Shown here: piece after piece, positions 1 to 10,114 of the stretch
Layout: every line of letters starts with the position of its first letter
How positions within the stretch are numbered: position 1 is the stretch's first letter
From: Actinomycetota bacterium
GTDB taxonomy: Bacteria > Actinomycetota > Acidimicrobiia > Acidimicrobiales > Palsa-688
NCBI GenBank assembly: GCA_021323695.1
Contig: JAJPKN010000053.1
Location: 10,618-74,617 of the forward strand
Reading direction: 5' to 3'
DNA: 64,000 bases
Notes under the pieces: model-generated
Databases searched by the model: none
What the model was told of the DNA's origin: nothing
The model's input: only the letters and a program-made list of their open reading frames with translations
Program-made: the position numbers and the translations under genes

Positions 1-653
1 ACGAGGGCGGCACCGTAAATGAAAACCGCGGAAGAAAACGAGCCCAGGATGAAGTACTTGAGCCCGGCCTCCCCCGAGGCTGCCCGGCGCCGGTGGTAGG
101 CGGTCATGGTGTAAAGGGAGATGGAGAGCACTTCGAGGCCGAGGAACAAGGTGATGAGCCCAGCCGCTTCCGCCATGAGGACGGCGCCGGCTGAGCAGGC
201 GAGCATGAGCACATAAGGCTCGGGCCCGTCCAAGGCTTCGCGCGACAGGTAGCTGTCGCTGATGGCCGCCCCCAGGGTGGTGGCGCACCCGAACAGGATG
301 GCGAAGAACGCGCTGAAGTGGTCGTAGAGGACCTGGCCGCCAACGGTGAGGGCGGTGTTGGCCGGGTTGTCGAGGTTGGCCCACTGCACGATCCCGTCGA
401 CGGTCGTGGCTATCCCAGCCAGGGCTGTCAGCCCGGCCCACAGCCCCGGGTAACGGCGTTTGGGGAGGGTGGCGGACAGCACGAGCAGCACCAGGGCGGC
501 CACTCCCAATATCAGCACCGGGGCGATGGAGCGGTACTCGACCGGGATGGACAAAGAGCCCTTGGCCGTGCACAGCCCGGAGACCTTCGCCTCCGAGGTC
601 ACCAGGTTGCTGATCGTGCAGCCGGGGCCCGCTGTCCCGGCGAAGATGGTCAT
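1..653 (-). CDS. nuoN: NADH-quinone oxidoreductase subunit N (5' part; the 3' end lies beyond the window start)
   Basis: Absent from the ORF track because it runs off the edge. Manual reverse translation from ATG 653-651 gives MTIFAGTAG..., later ...LITLFLGLEVLSISLYTM..., a hydrophobic antiporter-like protein. ATGA overlap with the nuoM stop. Completes the A-N gene order. Confidence 0.85.
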   Translation of the reverse strand, partial: MTIFAGTAGPGCTISNLVTSEAKVSGLCTAKGSLSIPVEYRSIAPVLILGVAALVLLVLSATLPKRRYPGLWAGLTALAGIATTVDGIVQWANLDNPANTALTVGGQVLYDHFSAFFAILFGCATTLGAAISDSYLSREALDGPEPYVLMLACSAGAVLMAEAAGLITLFLGLEVLSISLYTMTAYHRRRAASGEAGLKYFILGSFSSAVFIYGAAL

Positions 654-2281
654 GGCCTACCTCCACGGCCAGCAGCAGCGCTCGATGTCGTCCCGGCCGG
701 CACGTCGACCACCTGGTTGGCCGGGACGGCGAAAGTGCCGTGGCCCTGGCCGCTTGATGGGATCTTCAAGCTCGGGTCCGCGTACTCGATGTGGGCGACC
801 AGGTGGTCTACGGCCGGTTGGATGCGGGAGAGCAAAGGCTGCGGGTACACGCCGATGAAGACGATCCCCGCCAGCAGGGGGGCGATAGCCGCCCTCTCGC
901 CCCAGGTCATGTCCCGGATCCCGGCGTTGACGGCCTTGGCCGGGCCGTGGAAGACCCTCTGGTAGGCCCACAGCAGGTAGATGGCCCCCAGCAGGGCGCC
1001 GCTGGTGGCCACCACGGCCCACCAGCGGTGGGTGATGAACGTGCCCAGCAGCACCAGCAGCTCCCCGATGAACCCGTTGAGCCCGGGCAGGCCGACCGCG
1101 GACAACAAGACGGCCATGAAGACCCACCCGAGCACGGGCGCCACCGTCTGGAGGCCGCCCAGCTGGTCCAGCTCGTGGGTACGCCTCCGCTCCCAGACCA
1201 TGCCGACCAACAAGAACAGGCCCCCAATGGACAGCCCGTGGTTGACCATCTCCACCACCCCGCCGGTTATGCCCTGGACGGTGAAGCCGAACAGCCCTAC
1301 CACTATGAAGCCGACCCCGGCCACCGTGCCGTAGGCGACCAGGCGCTTCAGGTCCCGTTGCATGGCCGCCACCACTGACCCCCAGACAACCCCGACGGCG
1401 CCCAGGGTTAGGGCGAGGGGGGCCAGGTCCACCGCGGCGCGGGGGAAAAGGAAGATCCCCCAGCGCAATATGCCGTAGGCACCCAGCTTGAACAGGATGC
1501 CAGACAGGACCATCGACCCACCCGTGGGCGCCTGGGTATAGGCGTCGGGCATCCAGGTGTGGAACGGTACGAGCGGCATCTTGACCGCGAAGGCCACCCC
1601 GAAGGCCACCAGCAGCAGCTCCTGGTCAGCCAGGGGCAGGTGCATGGCCCCTCGGGCCAGGGTGATGATGTCGAACGACGCCGGGCTGCCGGCCGGCAGC
1701 CGGGCGGCAACGAGCAGGTAGGTGGCCAGTATGCCCACGAAGAGGAAGGCTGACCCGGCGAAGGTGTACAGGAAGAACTTGGTGGCTGCGTAGGCCCGCC
1801 TTTCGCCCAGGCCGCCCAGGATGACGAAGTAGCCCGGCACCAGGGTCACCTCGAAGGCGATGAAGAACAAAAAGGCGTCCAGCGACAGGAAACTTGCCAT
1901 GCATGCCGACTCCAAGACGAGCATCCACCCCAGGTACGAGCGAGGCAGCGCACCCTCGGGCGAAGGCCGGGTGGCCATGGCGATGGGGAAGAGCAGCGCC
2001 GTGACCGCCACCAAGAACAGCGATATCCCGTCCACGCCGAGGTACCAGGAGATCCCCAGTGGGCCGAACCAGGGCTCCCGGGAGGTGAACTGGAAACCGG
2101 CATGGTTGTTGCCGGTCTTGAAGGCGACCACCGTCCACAGCACGAAACCCAGTTCAACCACCCCAGAGCCCAGCCCCAGCCACTTGGGCAGGGCCATAGG
2201 TGCCTGGCGCGGCAGCAGGGCGATGGCCAGGGCGGCCCCTAACGGCAGCAGCACGACCACGTCCAAGATGGGGAAGCTCAC
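650..2281 (-). CDS. nuoM: NADH-quinone oxidoreductase subunit M
   Basis: 543-aa polytopic ORF with VPFHTWMPDAYTQAPTGGSMVLSGILFKLGAYG, the ND4/NuoM signature. Sits between nuoL and nuoN. Confidence 0.95.
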   Translation of the reverse strand: MSFPILDVVVLLPLGAALAIALLPRQAPMALPKWLGLGSGVVELGFVLWTVVAFKTGNNHAGFQFTSREPWFGPLGISWYLGVDGISLFLVAVTALLFPIAMATRPSPEGALPRSYLGWMLVLESACMASFLSLDAFLFFIAFEVTLVPGYFVILGGLGERRAYAATKFFLYTFAGSAFLFVGILATYLLVAARLPAGSPASFDIITLARGAMHLPLADQELLLVAFGVAFAVKMPLVPFHTWMPDAYTQAPTGGSMVLSGILFKLGAYGILRWGIFLFPRAAVDLAPLALTLGAVGVVWGSVVAAMQRDLKRLVAYGTVAGVGFIVVGLFGFTVQGITGGVVEMVNHGLSIGGLFLLVGMVWERRRTHELDQLGGLQTVAPVLGWVFMAVLLSAVGLPGLNGFIGELLVLLGTFITHRWWAVVATSGALLGAIYLLWAYQRVFHGPAKAVNAGIRDMTWGERAAIAPLLAGIVFIGVYPQPLLSRIQPAVDHLVAHIEYADPSLKIPSSGQGHGTFAVPANQVVDVPAGTTSSAAAGRGGRP

Positions 2282-2282
2282 G

Positions 2283-4313
2283 TCAGCTCCCCACCCTGAA
2301 GGCGACGTACGCCAAGAGGGCGATCACGCCCACCGACAGGCCGAAGGCATAGCTGCGGACGTAGCCGTTCTGTACCCGGCGCAGGGCACGCCCGCTGGTG
2401 GCCAGGAGCCCCGCCACCCCGTTGACGAACCCGTCGACCAGCCGGCGGTCCATCACGTAGGCCAAGCCGTCGGCCAGGGCCTGGACCGGCCCGGAGACGG
2501 CCGCTGACACCGTGTCATCGATGTACCAGGCCCGCCGCAGGAAACTGGGCTCCAGCACCGGGTGCTCCGCCGTCCGCCAGGTGGCCAGCCCGAAGGCCAG
2601 GCCCCCCAGGGACAAGATGGTCGTGACGACCGACAGGGCCCATTTGGTGGCGGTGCTGGCCACAGCCCCGGTGGCCGGGAAGAGCGGGTGCAAGAAACGG
2701 GAGAGGAAATCGAGGTGCCAGGCCGGGAAGTTTATGCCCCCACCCAGCACCGAGGCGATGGCCAGCACTACCAGGGGCGCTGCCATCACCCAGGACGGGT
2801 CGCGGGGACGGGCCTCGAGGTGGGGCGGCGGCGGCAGGCCCGGGCCGCTGGCGGCATGCCCGGCCCCGGCCTCACCCTCGGCGAAGGCTGCCCCAGCCCC
2901 GGCTAAGGCGCCCCCCGGGGTGGGACGAGCCTCGGCCCAGCGGGCCCGGCCGGTGAAGACCAGGGCGAACTGGCGGCTCATGTAGTAGGCGGTGAGCGCG
3001 GCAGTGAGCGCCCCTATGGCCCAGAGGACCTTGTTCATCTCCCAAGCCGAGGCCAAGATGGCGTCCTTGGACCAGAACCCAGCGAAGGGCGGGATACCCG
3101 AGATGGCGAGCCAGGCGGCGCCGAAGGTGACCGCGGTGACCGGCAGGTAGCGGGCCAAGCCGCCCATCTGCTTCATGTCCTGGCGGTCGGCCAGGGCGTG
3201 GATGACGGCCCCGGCGCCGAGGAACAGCAAGGCCTTGAAAAAGGCGTGTGTCAACATGTGGAACACGCCGTCGGTGTAATCGCCCACCCCGACGGCCAGG
3301 AACATGTAGCCGAGCTGGGAAATGGTCGAGTAGGCGAGCGCCTTTTTGATGTCGTCTTGGGCGCAGGCGATGGTGGCAGCCAAAAAGGCTGTGCTCACGC
3401 CGACGCAGGCGACCACCCAGGCGGTGGCGTGGGCGTAGTGCAGCAGAGGGGCCACCCGGGCCATGAGGTACACGCCGGCAGTCACCATGGTGGCGGCGTG
3501 GATGAGGGCGGAGATGGGCGTGGGGCCTTCCATGGCGTCGGGGAGCCACATGTACAGCGGCAGCTGGGCCGATTTGCCCACTGCCCCTAGGAACAACAGC
3601 AGGGTGATGGCCGTCGCCGTGGTCCCCGGGACCGCCCCCGGGGCCCCGGCCAGCAGCCCCGTGGGGTGCCCCCCGACGAGGCCCCCCAGCACGGCCGAGT
3701 AGTTGAGCGACCCGAAGTGGGCGAACAGCAAGAACATGGCGAGGAGGAAGCCCATGTCCCCGGCCCGGTTGGTGACGAAGGCCTTCTTGGCCGCCACGGC
3801 CGCCACCTCCCGCTGGAACCAAAAGCCGATCAGGCCGTAGGAGCAGAACCCCACTCCCTCCCAGCCCAGGAAGGAGAAGAGGAAATTGTCGGCCATCACC
3901 AAGACGGCCATCGAGAAGAGGAACAGGTTCAGGTAGACGAAGAAACGGTCGAAGCCTGGGTCACGGTGCATGTAGCCGATCGAGTACAGGTGGATGGCGG
4001 CCGAGACGCCGGTCACGAACAGGGCCATCGTGAGCGACAGCGGGTCCACCAGGAGGCCCACGTTGACGTGGAGCCCGGCCACGGGGAACCAGGTGAACAC
4101 CTTCAAGTCGAAGCTCCGGCTGGCCGAGGGCTGGCCCAGGGCCCCCACCCAGGCGACCAAGGCGGCGGCAAAAGCGCCTGTGGCAGCCAGAGTGCCCACC
4201 CACCCGGCCTTGGGCTCCCCCAGCCGCCGGCCCAGCACCAGGTTGGCGACGAAGCCGGCCAGGGGCAAGGCGACCACGGCATAGGCGGCGTTGACGGCTG
4301 CTGGGGTCACCAA
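2283..4313 (-). CDS. nuoL: NADH-quinone oxidoreductase subunit L
   Basis: 676-aa ORF with WEGVGFCSYGLIGFW and SAQLPLYMWLPDAMEGPTPISALIHAATMVTAGVY motifs (ND5/NuoL). Confidence 0.95.
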   Translation of the reverse strand: MVTPAAVNAAYAVVALPLAGFVANLVLGRRLGEPKAGWVGTLAATGAFAAALVAWVGALGQPSASRSFDLKVFTWFPVAGLHVNVGLLVDPLSLTMALFVTGVSAAIHLYSIGYMHRDPGFDRFFVYLNLFLFSMAVLVMADNFLFSFLGWEGVGFCSYGLIGFWFQREVAAVAAKKAFVTNRAGDMGFLLAMFLLFAHFGSLNYSAVLGGLVGGHPTGLLAGAPGAVPGTTATAITLLLFLGAVGKSAQLPLYMWLPDAMEGPTPISALIHAATMVTAGVYLMARVAPLLHYAHATAWVVACVGVSTAFLAATIACAQDDIKKALAYSTISQLGYMFLAVGVGDYTDGVFHMLTHAFFKALLFLGAGAVIHALADRQDMKQMGGLARYLPVTAVTFGAAWLAISGIPPFAGFWSKDAILASAWEMNKVLWAIGALTAALTAYYMSRQFALVFTGRARWAEARPTPGGALAGAGAAFAEGEAGAGHAASGPGLPPPPHLEARPRDPSWVMAAPLVVLAIASVLGGGINFPAWHLDFLSRFLHPLFPATGAVASTATKWALSVVTTILSLGGLAFGLATWRTAEHPVLEPSFLRRAWYIDDTVSAAVSGPVQALADGLAYVMDRRLVDGFVNGVAGLLATSGRALRRVQNGYVRSYAFGLSVGVIALLAYVAFRVGS

Positions 4314-4322
4314 GGCCTCCTC

Positions 4323-4628
4323 TCAGCCCTTCAGCGAGCTCACGTCGTCGGCGGTGGCGCCGGTGCGCCGGCGGTAGATGGCGACGATGATGCCCAGCCC
4401 CACTACCACCTCAGCCGCGGCCACGACGAGGACGAAGAACACCGAGGCTTGGCCGCCGAGGTCGTCGAGCATGCGGGAGAAGGTCACGAACGTCAGGTTC
4501 ACGCCGTTCAGCATGAGCTCGATGCACATGTACATGACCAAGATGTTGCGCCTCACCAGTACGCCGGCCCCCCCGATGCCGAACAGGCAGGCGGCGAGCA
4601 CCAGGTACCAGGGCCCGGGGACGGTCAC
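4323..4628 (-). CDS. nuoK: NADH-quinone oxidoreductase subunit K
   Basis: 101 aa, three TM segments, [14 protein letters not shown] motif. 4-nt overlap with the nuoJ stop. Confidence 0.95.
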   Translation of the reverse strand: MTVPGPWYLVLAACLFGIGGAGVLVRRNILVMYMCIELMLNGVNLTFVTFSRMLDDLGGQASVFFVLVVAAAEVVVGLGIIVAIYRRRTGATADDVSSLKG

Positions 4629-5359
4629 GGCCGCTCTCCTTCGGCTGCGGGAGCGCCCGCCAGCACCTCAGCTGGGGCGGCGGCCGGGGCGCTCGGGACG
4701 GCGGAGGCTTGGGCGCTCGGGGCCGGTTGGGGCAAGCCCTGGCGGGCGGCGGCCTGGCGCTGGGCCGGCCCCGGGCCTGACGAGCGGCGCACCAGGACCA
4801 CGGCGGCGACGACGGCGACGACCAAGAGGGCGGAGGTCACCTCAAAGGGGAGGAGGTAGCGGGTGAAGATGGTCTGGCCCAGCTTCTGGACGTTCTCCCC
4901 CGGCCCCGACAGCGCCCCAGAAGTCGCCTTCTGGCCGGTAGCCCAGTGGCTGGACCGGGACAGCACCAGCAGCTCGACGACTATGCCTATGCCCACGGCG
5001 ATGCCCAGGGGCACCAGGGAGCGCAACTTCCCCTGGGTGACCGCCTCCTTGCGGTCGACTCCCAGCAGCATGATCACGAACAAGAACAAGATCACGATGG
5101 CGCCGGCGTACACGATGACCTGGACCGCGGCCAGGAAGTCGGCACCTTCGTCTATGAACAGCAAAGCCACCCCGAAAAGGGTCGTCACCAGTGACAAGGC
5201 GCAGTGGACCGGGTTGCGCAGGGACACCACGCCGAGAGCACCGGCGACGGCCAAGGCGGTGCCGACGCCGTAGACGGCCCAGTCCGAGGCGTTGGCCACC
5301 CCGCTTGTGGCCAGGAGGGCCAACTTCGCCAGGGGGGCTGAGGCTGCCAGGGGCGTCAA
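4625..5359 (-). CDS. nuoJ: NADH-quinone oxidoreductase subunit J
   Basis: Track ORF is 4625..5524, but its first 55 codons overlap nuoI. TTG at 5359 is preceded by GAGGAGG and overlaps the nuoI stop (TTGA), so it is taken as the start. Core contains [20 protein letters not shown]...[23 protein letters not shown]. Pro/Ala-rich C-terminal tail. Confidence 0.85.
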   Translation of the reverse strand: MTPLAASAPLAKLALLATSGVANASDWAVYGVGTALAVAGALGVVSLRNPVHCALSLVTTLFGVALLFIDEGADFLAAVQVIVYAGAIVILFLFVIMLLGVDRKEAVTQGKLRSLVPLGIAVGIGIVVELLVLSRSSHWATGQKATSGALSGPGENVQKLGQTIFTRYLLPFEVTSALLVVAVVAAVVLVRRSSGPGPAQRQAAARQGLPQPAPSAQASAVPSAPAAAPAEVLAGAPAAEGERP

Positions 5360-6078
5360 GACGGCCTCCTCACTGGCCGGGTGGCCCTCACCCCGACCCC
5401 GGCCACTTCGCCCGCTTCGACCTCCCGCACCGAGATGTCGAAGTCGGCGGGGACGTCGGCCGCCTGCTCGTCCGACTGGCCGGCTTGGGCCGGGCGCAGG
5501 CCGTAGCCCAGCTCGGCTGACCACAGTGGGGTGCCCTCCAGGTCGGCCCGCCCCGCGGGCGAGGTCGCCCGGGCCCAGGCCGAGGTGTTGCGGTCGTCCC
5601 CAGGCCTCCAGTCCTCCCAGGGGAGCTGCCTCGGCTTGCCCTCGTCGTCCACCAGGAGCTCAGCCTTGGTGTAGATGGCGTCCTGGCGGTTGGTGAAGGA
5701 GAACTCGAAGAGCTTGGACTCGGTTATGGCCTCGGTGGGGGAGGCCTCGACGCACAGGTCGCAGTGGATGCAGCGGAGGAAGTTGATCTCGTACACGAAC
5801 CCGTAGCGCTCACCGGGGGACACCGGGCTGTCCGGGGGGTTGTCCGCCCCCCGCACGTATATGCAATGGGCCGGGCACACGCCGGCGCACAGCTCGCACC
5901 CGATGCACTTCTCCAGGCCGTCCTCGTAGCGGTTGAGCACGTGGCGGCCGTGGAAACGCTCAGGCTTGGGCCGTTTCTCCTCGGGGTACTGGGTGGTCAC
6001 CTTGGGCTTGAGCGGCTGTTTGCCGGTGACCACGAAGCCCTTGAAAAAGCTGACGAAGCGGTTGTCCAAGATGCTCAT
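5356..6078 (-). CDS. nuoI: NADH-quinone oxidoreductase subunit I (2x4Fe-4S ferredoxin-type)
   Basis: Lies inside the 615-aa track ORF. Real start MSILDNRF at 6078 overlaps the nuoH stop (ATGA). Motifs are CIGCELCAGVCP and CIHCDLCVEASP. About 90 aa of low-complexity C-terminal extension. Confidence 0.9.
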   Translation of the reverse strand: MSILDNRFVSFFKGFVVTGKQPLKPKVTTQYPEEKRPKPERFHGRHVLNRYEDGLEKCIGCELCAGVCPAHCIYVRGADNPPDSPVSPGERYGFVYEINFLRCIHCDLCVEASPTEAITESKLFEFSFTNRQDAIYTKAELLVDDEGKPRQLPWEDWRPGDDRNTSAWARATSPAGRADLEGTPLWSAELGYGLRPAQAGQSDEQAADVPADFDISVREVEAGEVAGVGVRATRPVRRPS

Positions 6079-7265
6079 GGGGACTCCAGTTCCGAGGGCA
6101 TACCGCCCTGCTCCTTGCCGGAGCCCGCCCGCCCCACCTCGATGGCCCGGGCCAGGAGCAACAAGGCGATCATGCTGCCAGCCAGGGCTGCCAGCCCGTA
6201 GCGCCAGCTGACACGCGCTCCTGCCACCACGAGCAGCAGGGCCAGCGCCCCCGGGATCAGGCGCTTCCAGCCCAGGTCCATCAATTGGTCGTAGCGCAGG
6301 CGGGGCAGGGTGGCCCGGGCCCAGACGAAGACGTACAGCAATATGAGGACCTTCAGGGTGAACCACACCGGCCCGACCGAGTGCCCGGCGATGCGCGGCC
6401 CGTCGGGGCCCCCTAAGAACAAGGTCGCGATGATGGCCGAGTTGGTCACCAAGGCGGCGTACTCCGCCAGGTAGAACAGGGCGAAAGCGACCGACGAGTA
6501 CTCCATGTTGAACCCGCCGGCCAGCTCTTCTTCGGCTTCGACCAGGTCGAAAGGCGGCCGGGTCATCTCCGCGGTGATGGCGATGGAAAAGATGGCGAAG
6601 GGCGCCCCAAAGCCGCGCAGGATGTTCCAGTGGTAAAGGAAGCCCCCATGCTGGGCTGCCACGATCGCGCTGGTGTGCAGCGAGCCGGTCAACAAGACGA
6701 CGGTGGCCACCGAAAGCCCCAGGGCGGCTTCGTAGGAGACCATCTGGGCGCTGGCCCGCACCGAGCCGATCAGCGGGTACTTCGACCCTGACGCCCACCC
6801 GGCGAGCAGCACGCCGTAGACGCTGATGCTGGAGGCCATGAGCATGACCAGGATCCCCCAGGGGGGGTCGGCCAGCTGCAGGCGGGTGGTGTACCCACCG
6901 ATGGTGAGCGTCCCTCCCACGGGCACGATGGCGAAGGTGACGAACACCGGGACCATGGCCACGACCGGGGCCAGGCGGTAGACGACCTTGTCCGCCTGCG
7001 CCGGCACCAGGGCCTCTTTGAAGAACAGCTTGAGGCCGTCGGCCAGGGACTGGAGCCAGCCGTTGGGGCCGGCCCGGTTGGGGCCCCAGCGGTTGCCCAG
7101 GCGGGCCACCACCTTGCGCTCGTACATGATCACGAACAGGACCGACACCATCAAGATGGCAAAGACGACCACTAGCTTGACGAGCAGGATGACCCATACC
7201 CACAGGTCGGCCCCCTTGGCGAACAGCGGGTCCCCGGGGTAAAGGGCAGCCAGGGCGCTGGTCAC
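6075..7265 (-). CDS. nuoH: NADH-quinone oxidoreductase subunit H
   Basis: Track ORF is 6075..7556. GTG at 7265 overlaps the nuoG stop (GTGA) and yields VTSALAALYP... Motifs YERKVVARLGNRWGPNRAGPNGWLQSLADGLKLF and EAEEELAGGFNMEYS. Confidence 0.9.
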   Translation of the reverse strand: MTSALAALYPGDPLFAKGADLWVWVILLVKLVVVFAILMVSVLFVIMYERKVVARLGNRWGPNRAGPNGWLQSLADGLKLFFKEALVPAQADKVVYRLAPVVAMVPVFVTFAIVPVGGTLTIGGYTTRLQLADPPWGILVMLMASSISVYGVLLAGWASGSKYPLIGSVRASAQMVSYEAALGLSVATVVLLTGSLHTSAIVAAQHGGFLYHWNILRGFGAPFAIFSIAITAEMTRPPFDLVEAEEELAGGFNMEYSSVAFALFYLAEYAALVTNSAIIATLFLGGPDGPRIAGHSVGPVWFTLKVLILLYVFVWARATLPRLRYDQLMDLGWKRLIPGALALLLVVAGARVSWRYGLAALAGSMIALLLLARAIEVGRAGSGKEQGGMPSELESP

Positions 7266-10114
7266 CGGCCGGCCTCCAGCGCTTCGACCCTGACCTCGAC
7301 GACCTCCCCGGCCCCGTCCAGCAGTTCGCCGGCCCCGCCCTCGGGCAGGTTGAAGGGCACCACGACGGTGCCGGGCGGTACGTCGGGGCCCGCCTCGGCC
7401 GGCAGCTCCAGGCTGCCCCACTGCGAGCTCACCCGTACCCGAGCGCCGGCCGGCACCCCAAGGGCCTCCAGTTGAGCCGGGTGGGCACGGGCGGCGAGCG
7501 GCGGGTGCAGCCCCGCCAGCGAGGCCGAGTGCTGGACCAGCGTGCCCCCGTCCCACATGGGGCGCCAGGTGACGAGCCGCAGGCTGCCCAGGGCGGGCGC
7601 TGGGGTGGCGCCGGCCACCCTGGGGGGCGGGCTGGCCAGGTCAGCTGGCTGCAGCATGGGCGGGTAGCCGTCTGGTCCCCCGGCGGGGGCCGGGGCTGGC
7701 CCGGGGGTGGGCGGGGCCGCCACCGGGGGTGCGGGTTCGGGCTCGGCCTGGGAGATGCCTGGGTTGGCCATGGGGTCCAGGGGCGGGGGCGAGGCTGCGC
7801 CCCCCGGCTCGCCCAGCCCGGCCCGGACAGGCACGACTACGCCGTCGCGGCCCGGCGGCGAGGCCAAAAGGGCCTGGGGCACCCCGCGGTGGAGGGGGGA
7901 GACCCGTTGCACCTCGTCCCAGATCCCCTCCAGGGACCCAAAGCCCAGGTCGTGGCCCAGGCGGGAAGCCAGCTCCACCGCCACTGCCCAGTCGGGCCGG
8001 GCGGTGCCCGGCGGCGTCACCTTCTGGGCCAGCCAGCTCAGCCGGCCCTCCAAGTTGGTGAAGCTGCCGCGGCGCTCGGCGTAGGTGGCCACTGGCAGGA
8101 CCACGTCGGCGCGCTGGGTGCTCCTGGTCGCCAAGGCATCGAGGGCCACGACGAAGCGGGCACCGTCGAGGGCACGGGCAGCCAGGTCGGGGCCGGGGTA
8201 GTCCGACAGGGGGTCGGCGCCCAGCAATACCAGCACGTCTAGCTGGCCGCTGGCGGCAGCTTCGAGGATGCCCGGGGTGCCGAGCTGGCGGCCGGTGGGC
8301 AGGGGTGCACCCCAGTGCCGCTCGTACCAGCTGCAGCCTTGCTCCCAGCCGACCCGGCCGGGCAGCAGCCCGGGGGCCAGGCCGAAGTCGATGGCCCCGT
8401 GCACGTTGGCCCGCCGCAGGGCGGGCAGGAAGGCCACCCCGGGCAGCTGGGCCAAGCGGCGGGCGGCGTCCTCGACAGCGCTGGAAGGCTCGGCCAGCGA
8501 GGGCCGGCCCAGCACGACCACGACCCGGGGCGAGCCATCGGGGCCAGTGCCGGCCTGCTCTCCGGTGGCCTCCGCCAGTGCGGCCCGGGCCCGCTCCACG
8601 TCCTGGGCCGGGGCACCGCCCACCTCGCCTGCCGCCGGGGGCACCGGGCTGCCCCCCACGATGGCCTCGACCAGTGCCGCCAGCTGTCCCGGGCGGTAGT
8701 GGAGCCGTAGTGCAGCGAGCGAGGACAACCCGGTCGGGCCCGGGCTGAGCTCGACCAGCGGCACACCCTGGTCTACTACGGCGTGGCGCAGCCTCAGGTA
8801 CAACACGGGCAGTTCCTCTTTCAGGTCACCGGCCAGGGTGACGATGAGCCGGGCCTGGCCCGCTTGGCCCAGGGTGGCCCGGGGCAGGCTGGCGACCAGG
8901 TCGGCGGCCAGGCCGTCGCCCAGCTGGGCGTCGACGTTGCCGGTCCGCAGGCAGCTACGGGCGAACTTGGCCCACGCATAGGCGTCCTCGTTGGCCAGCC
9001 GGGCCCCTCCGATGACGGCCACCCGCGAGCCGTCCACGCCCGCCAGCCTGTCGGCCACCACCGAGAGGGCTTCGGCCCAACTGGCCTCCACCAGCTCGCC
9101 CTCCCCCCGGTGGCCGTTGCCGGGAGCCGGCCGGCGGACCAGGGGGTGGGCCAGGCGCCCGGGGCTGGCCAGGGCCTCGTGGCTGAAACGGCCTTTGTCG
9201 CACAGCCAGCCCCAGTTGACCGGGCCGCAGTCCACGCCCAAGAAGCGCACGACGTGGTTGGCGCTCGATTGGGCCGCCACCCGGCAGCCGACCGGGCAGA
9301 GCGTGCAGGTGGTCTCGACCTGCTCCAGGTCCCAGGGCCGGGCCCGGAAGCGGTAGGGCTTGGCCAACAGCGCCCCCACCGGGCAGATCTGTACGATGTT
9401 CCCGCTGAAGTTGGAGCTAAAGGGCCGGTGCGGGGCGATCGCCACCTCGGTCGCGTCCGACCGGGAGAAAAAGTCGATCGCCGGGTCCCCGGCCACTTCT
9501 TCGGCGAAGCGGGTGCAGCGGGCGCACTGGATGCAGCGTTCACGGTCCAGCAGGACCAGAGGGGAAATAGGGATAGGCTTGTCCCAGTGGCGCTTTTCCT
9601 CCACGAAACGGGTCTCGCCCGGGCCGTAGGCGAACGTCTGGTCCTGTAGCGGGCACTCGCCCCCCTTGTCGCACACCGGGCAGTCCAAGGGGTGGTTGAC
9701 GAGCAGGAACTCCAAGATCCCGTCCTGGGCCTTTTTCACCCGGGCGCTGTCGGTGACGGCTTCGAGCCCGTCGGTCACCGGGACGTAGCAGGCGGGCGAA
9801 AGGCTGTAGCCCCGGGGCCCTTTTATGTCGACCAGGCACATACGGCACATCCCCACCGGCTTCATGCGGGGGTGGTAGCAAAAGCGGGGTATGTAGGTCC
9901 CGGCTCGCTCGGCTGCCTCTATCAGCACCTCGCCCTCGTAGGCGCGCACCTGGCGGCCGTCCAAGGTTATGGTCACCGGTGCCCCGGTGCGGGGCGGGGC
10001 GGGCAGGGGGGTCCCGGTCGCGCCGGCCACCCCCGGTGGCGCGCCTGGCTGCCCCCGGAGGCCTTCCAAGGCCCCGGTGCTGGACGGGGCTGGCTGCGGG
10101 TCAGGCACGGGCAT
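7262..10114 (-). CDS. nuoG: NADH-quinone oxidoreductase subunit G
   Basis: 950 aa. 2Fe-2S and 4Fe-4S motifs CYHPRMKPVGMCRMCLV, HPLDCPVCDKGGECPLQD, CIQCARCTRF, CPVGAL. Molybdopterin-oxidoreductase-like C-terminal part with a Pro-rich insertion. Confidence 0.9.
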   Translation of the reverse strand: MPVPDPQPAPSSTGALEGLRGQPGAPPGVAGATGTPLPAPPRTGAPVTITLDGRQVRAYEGEVLIEAAERAGTYIPRFCYHPRMKPVGMCRMCLVDIKGPRGYSLSPACYVPVTDGLEAVTDSARVKKAQDGILEFLLVNHPLDCPVCDKGGECPLQDQTFAYGPGETRFVEEKRHWDKPIPISPLVLLDRERCIQCARCTRFAEEVAGDPAIDFFSRSDATEVAIAPHRPFSSNFSGNIVQICPVGALLAKPYRFRARPWDLEQVETTCTLCPVGCRVAAQSSANHVVRFLGVDCGPVNWGWLCDKGRFSHEALASPGRLAHPLVRRPAPGNGHRGEGELVEASWAEALSVVADRLAGVDGSRVAVIGGARLANEDAYAWAKFARSCLRTGNVDAQLGDGLAADLVASLPRATLGQAGQARLIVTLAGDLKEELPVLYLRLRHAVVDQGVPLVELSPGPTGLSSLAALRLHYRPGQLAALVEAIVGGSPVPPAAGEVGGAPAQDVERARAALAEATGEQAGTGPDGSPRVVVVLGRPSLAEPSSAVEDAARRLAQLPGVAFLPALRRANVHGAIDFGLAPGLLPGRVGWEQGCSWYERHWGAPLPTGRQLGTPGILEAAASGQLDVLVLLGADPLSDYPGPDLAARALDGARFVVALDALATRSTQRADVVLPVATYAERRGSFTNLEGRLSWLAQKVTPPGTARPDWAVAVELASRLGHDLGFGSLEGIWDEVQRVSPLHRGVPQALLASPPGRDGVVVPVRAGLGEPGGAASPPPLDPMANPGISQAEPEPAPPVAAPPTPGPAPAPAGGPDGYPPMLQPADLASPPPRVAGATPAPALGSLRLVTWRPMWDGGTLVQHSASLAGLHPPLAARAHPAQLEALGVPAGARVRVSSQWGSLELPAEAGPDVPPGTVVVPFNLPEGGAGELLDGAGEVVEVRVEALEAGR

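Noticed and set aside
5356-7203. 615-aa track ORF that looks like a giant NuoI fusion
   Set aside because: Only the last 240 codons (from MSILDNRF at 6078) are NuoI-like. The upstream part is Arg/Gly/Pro-rich junk lying out of frame over genuine nuoH, a typical high-GC open frame.
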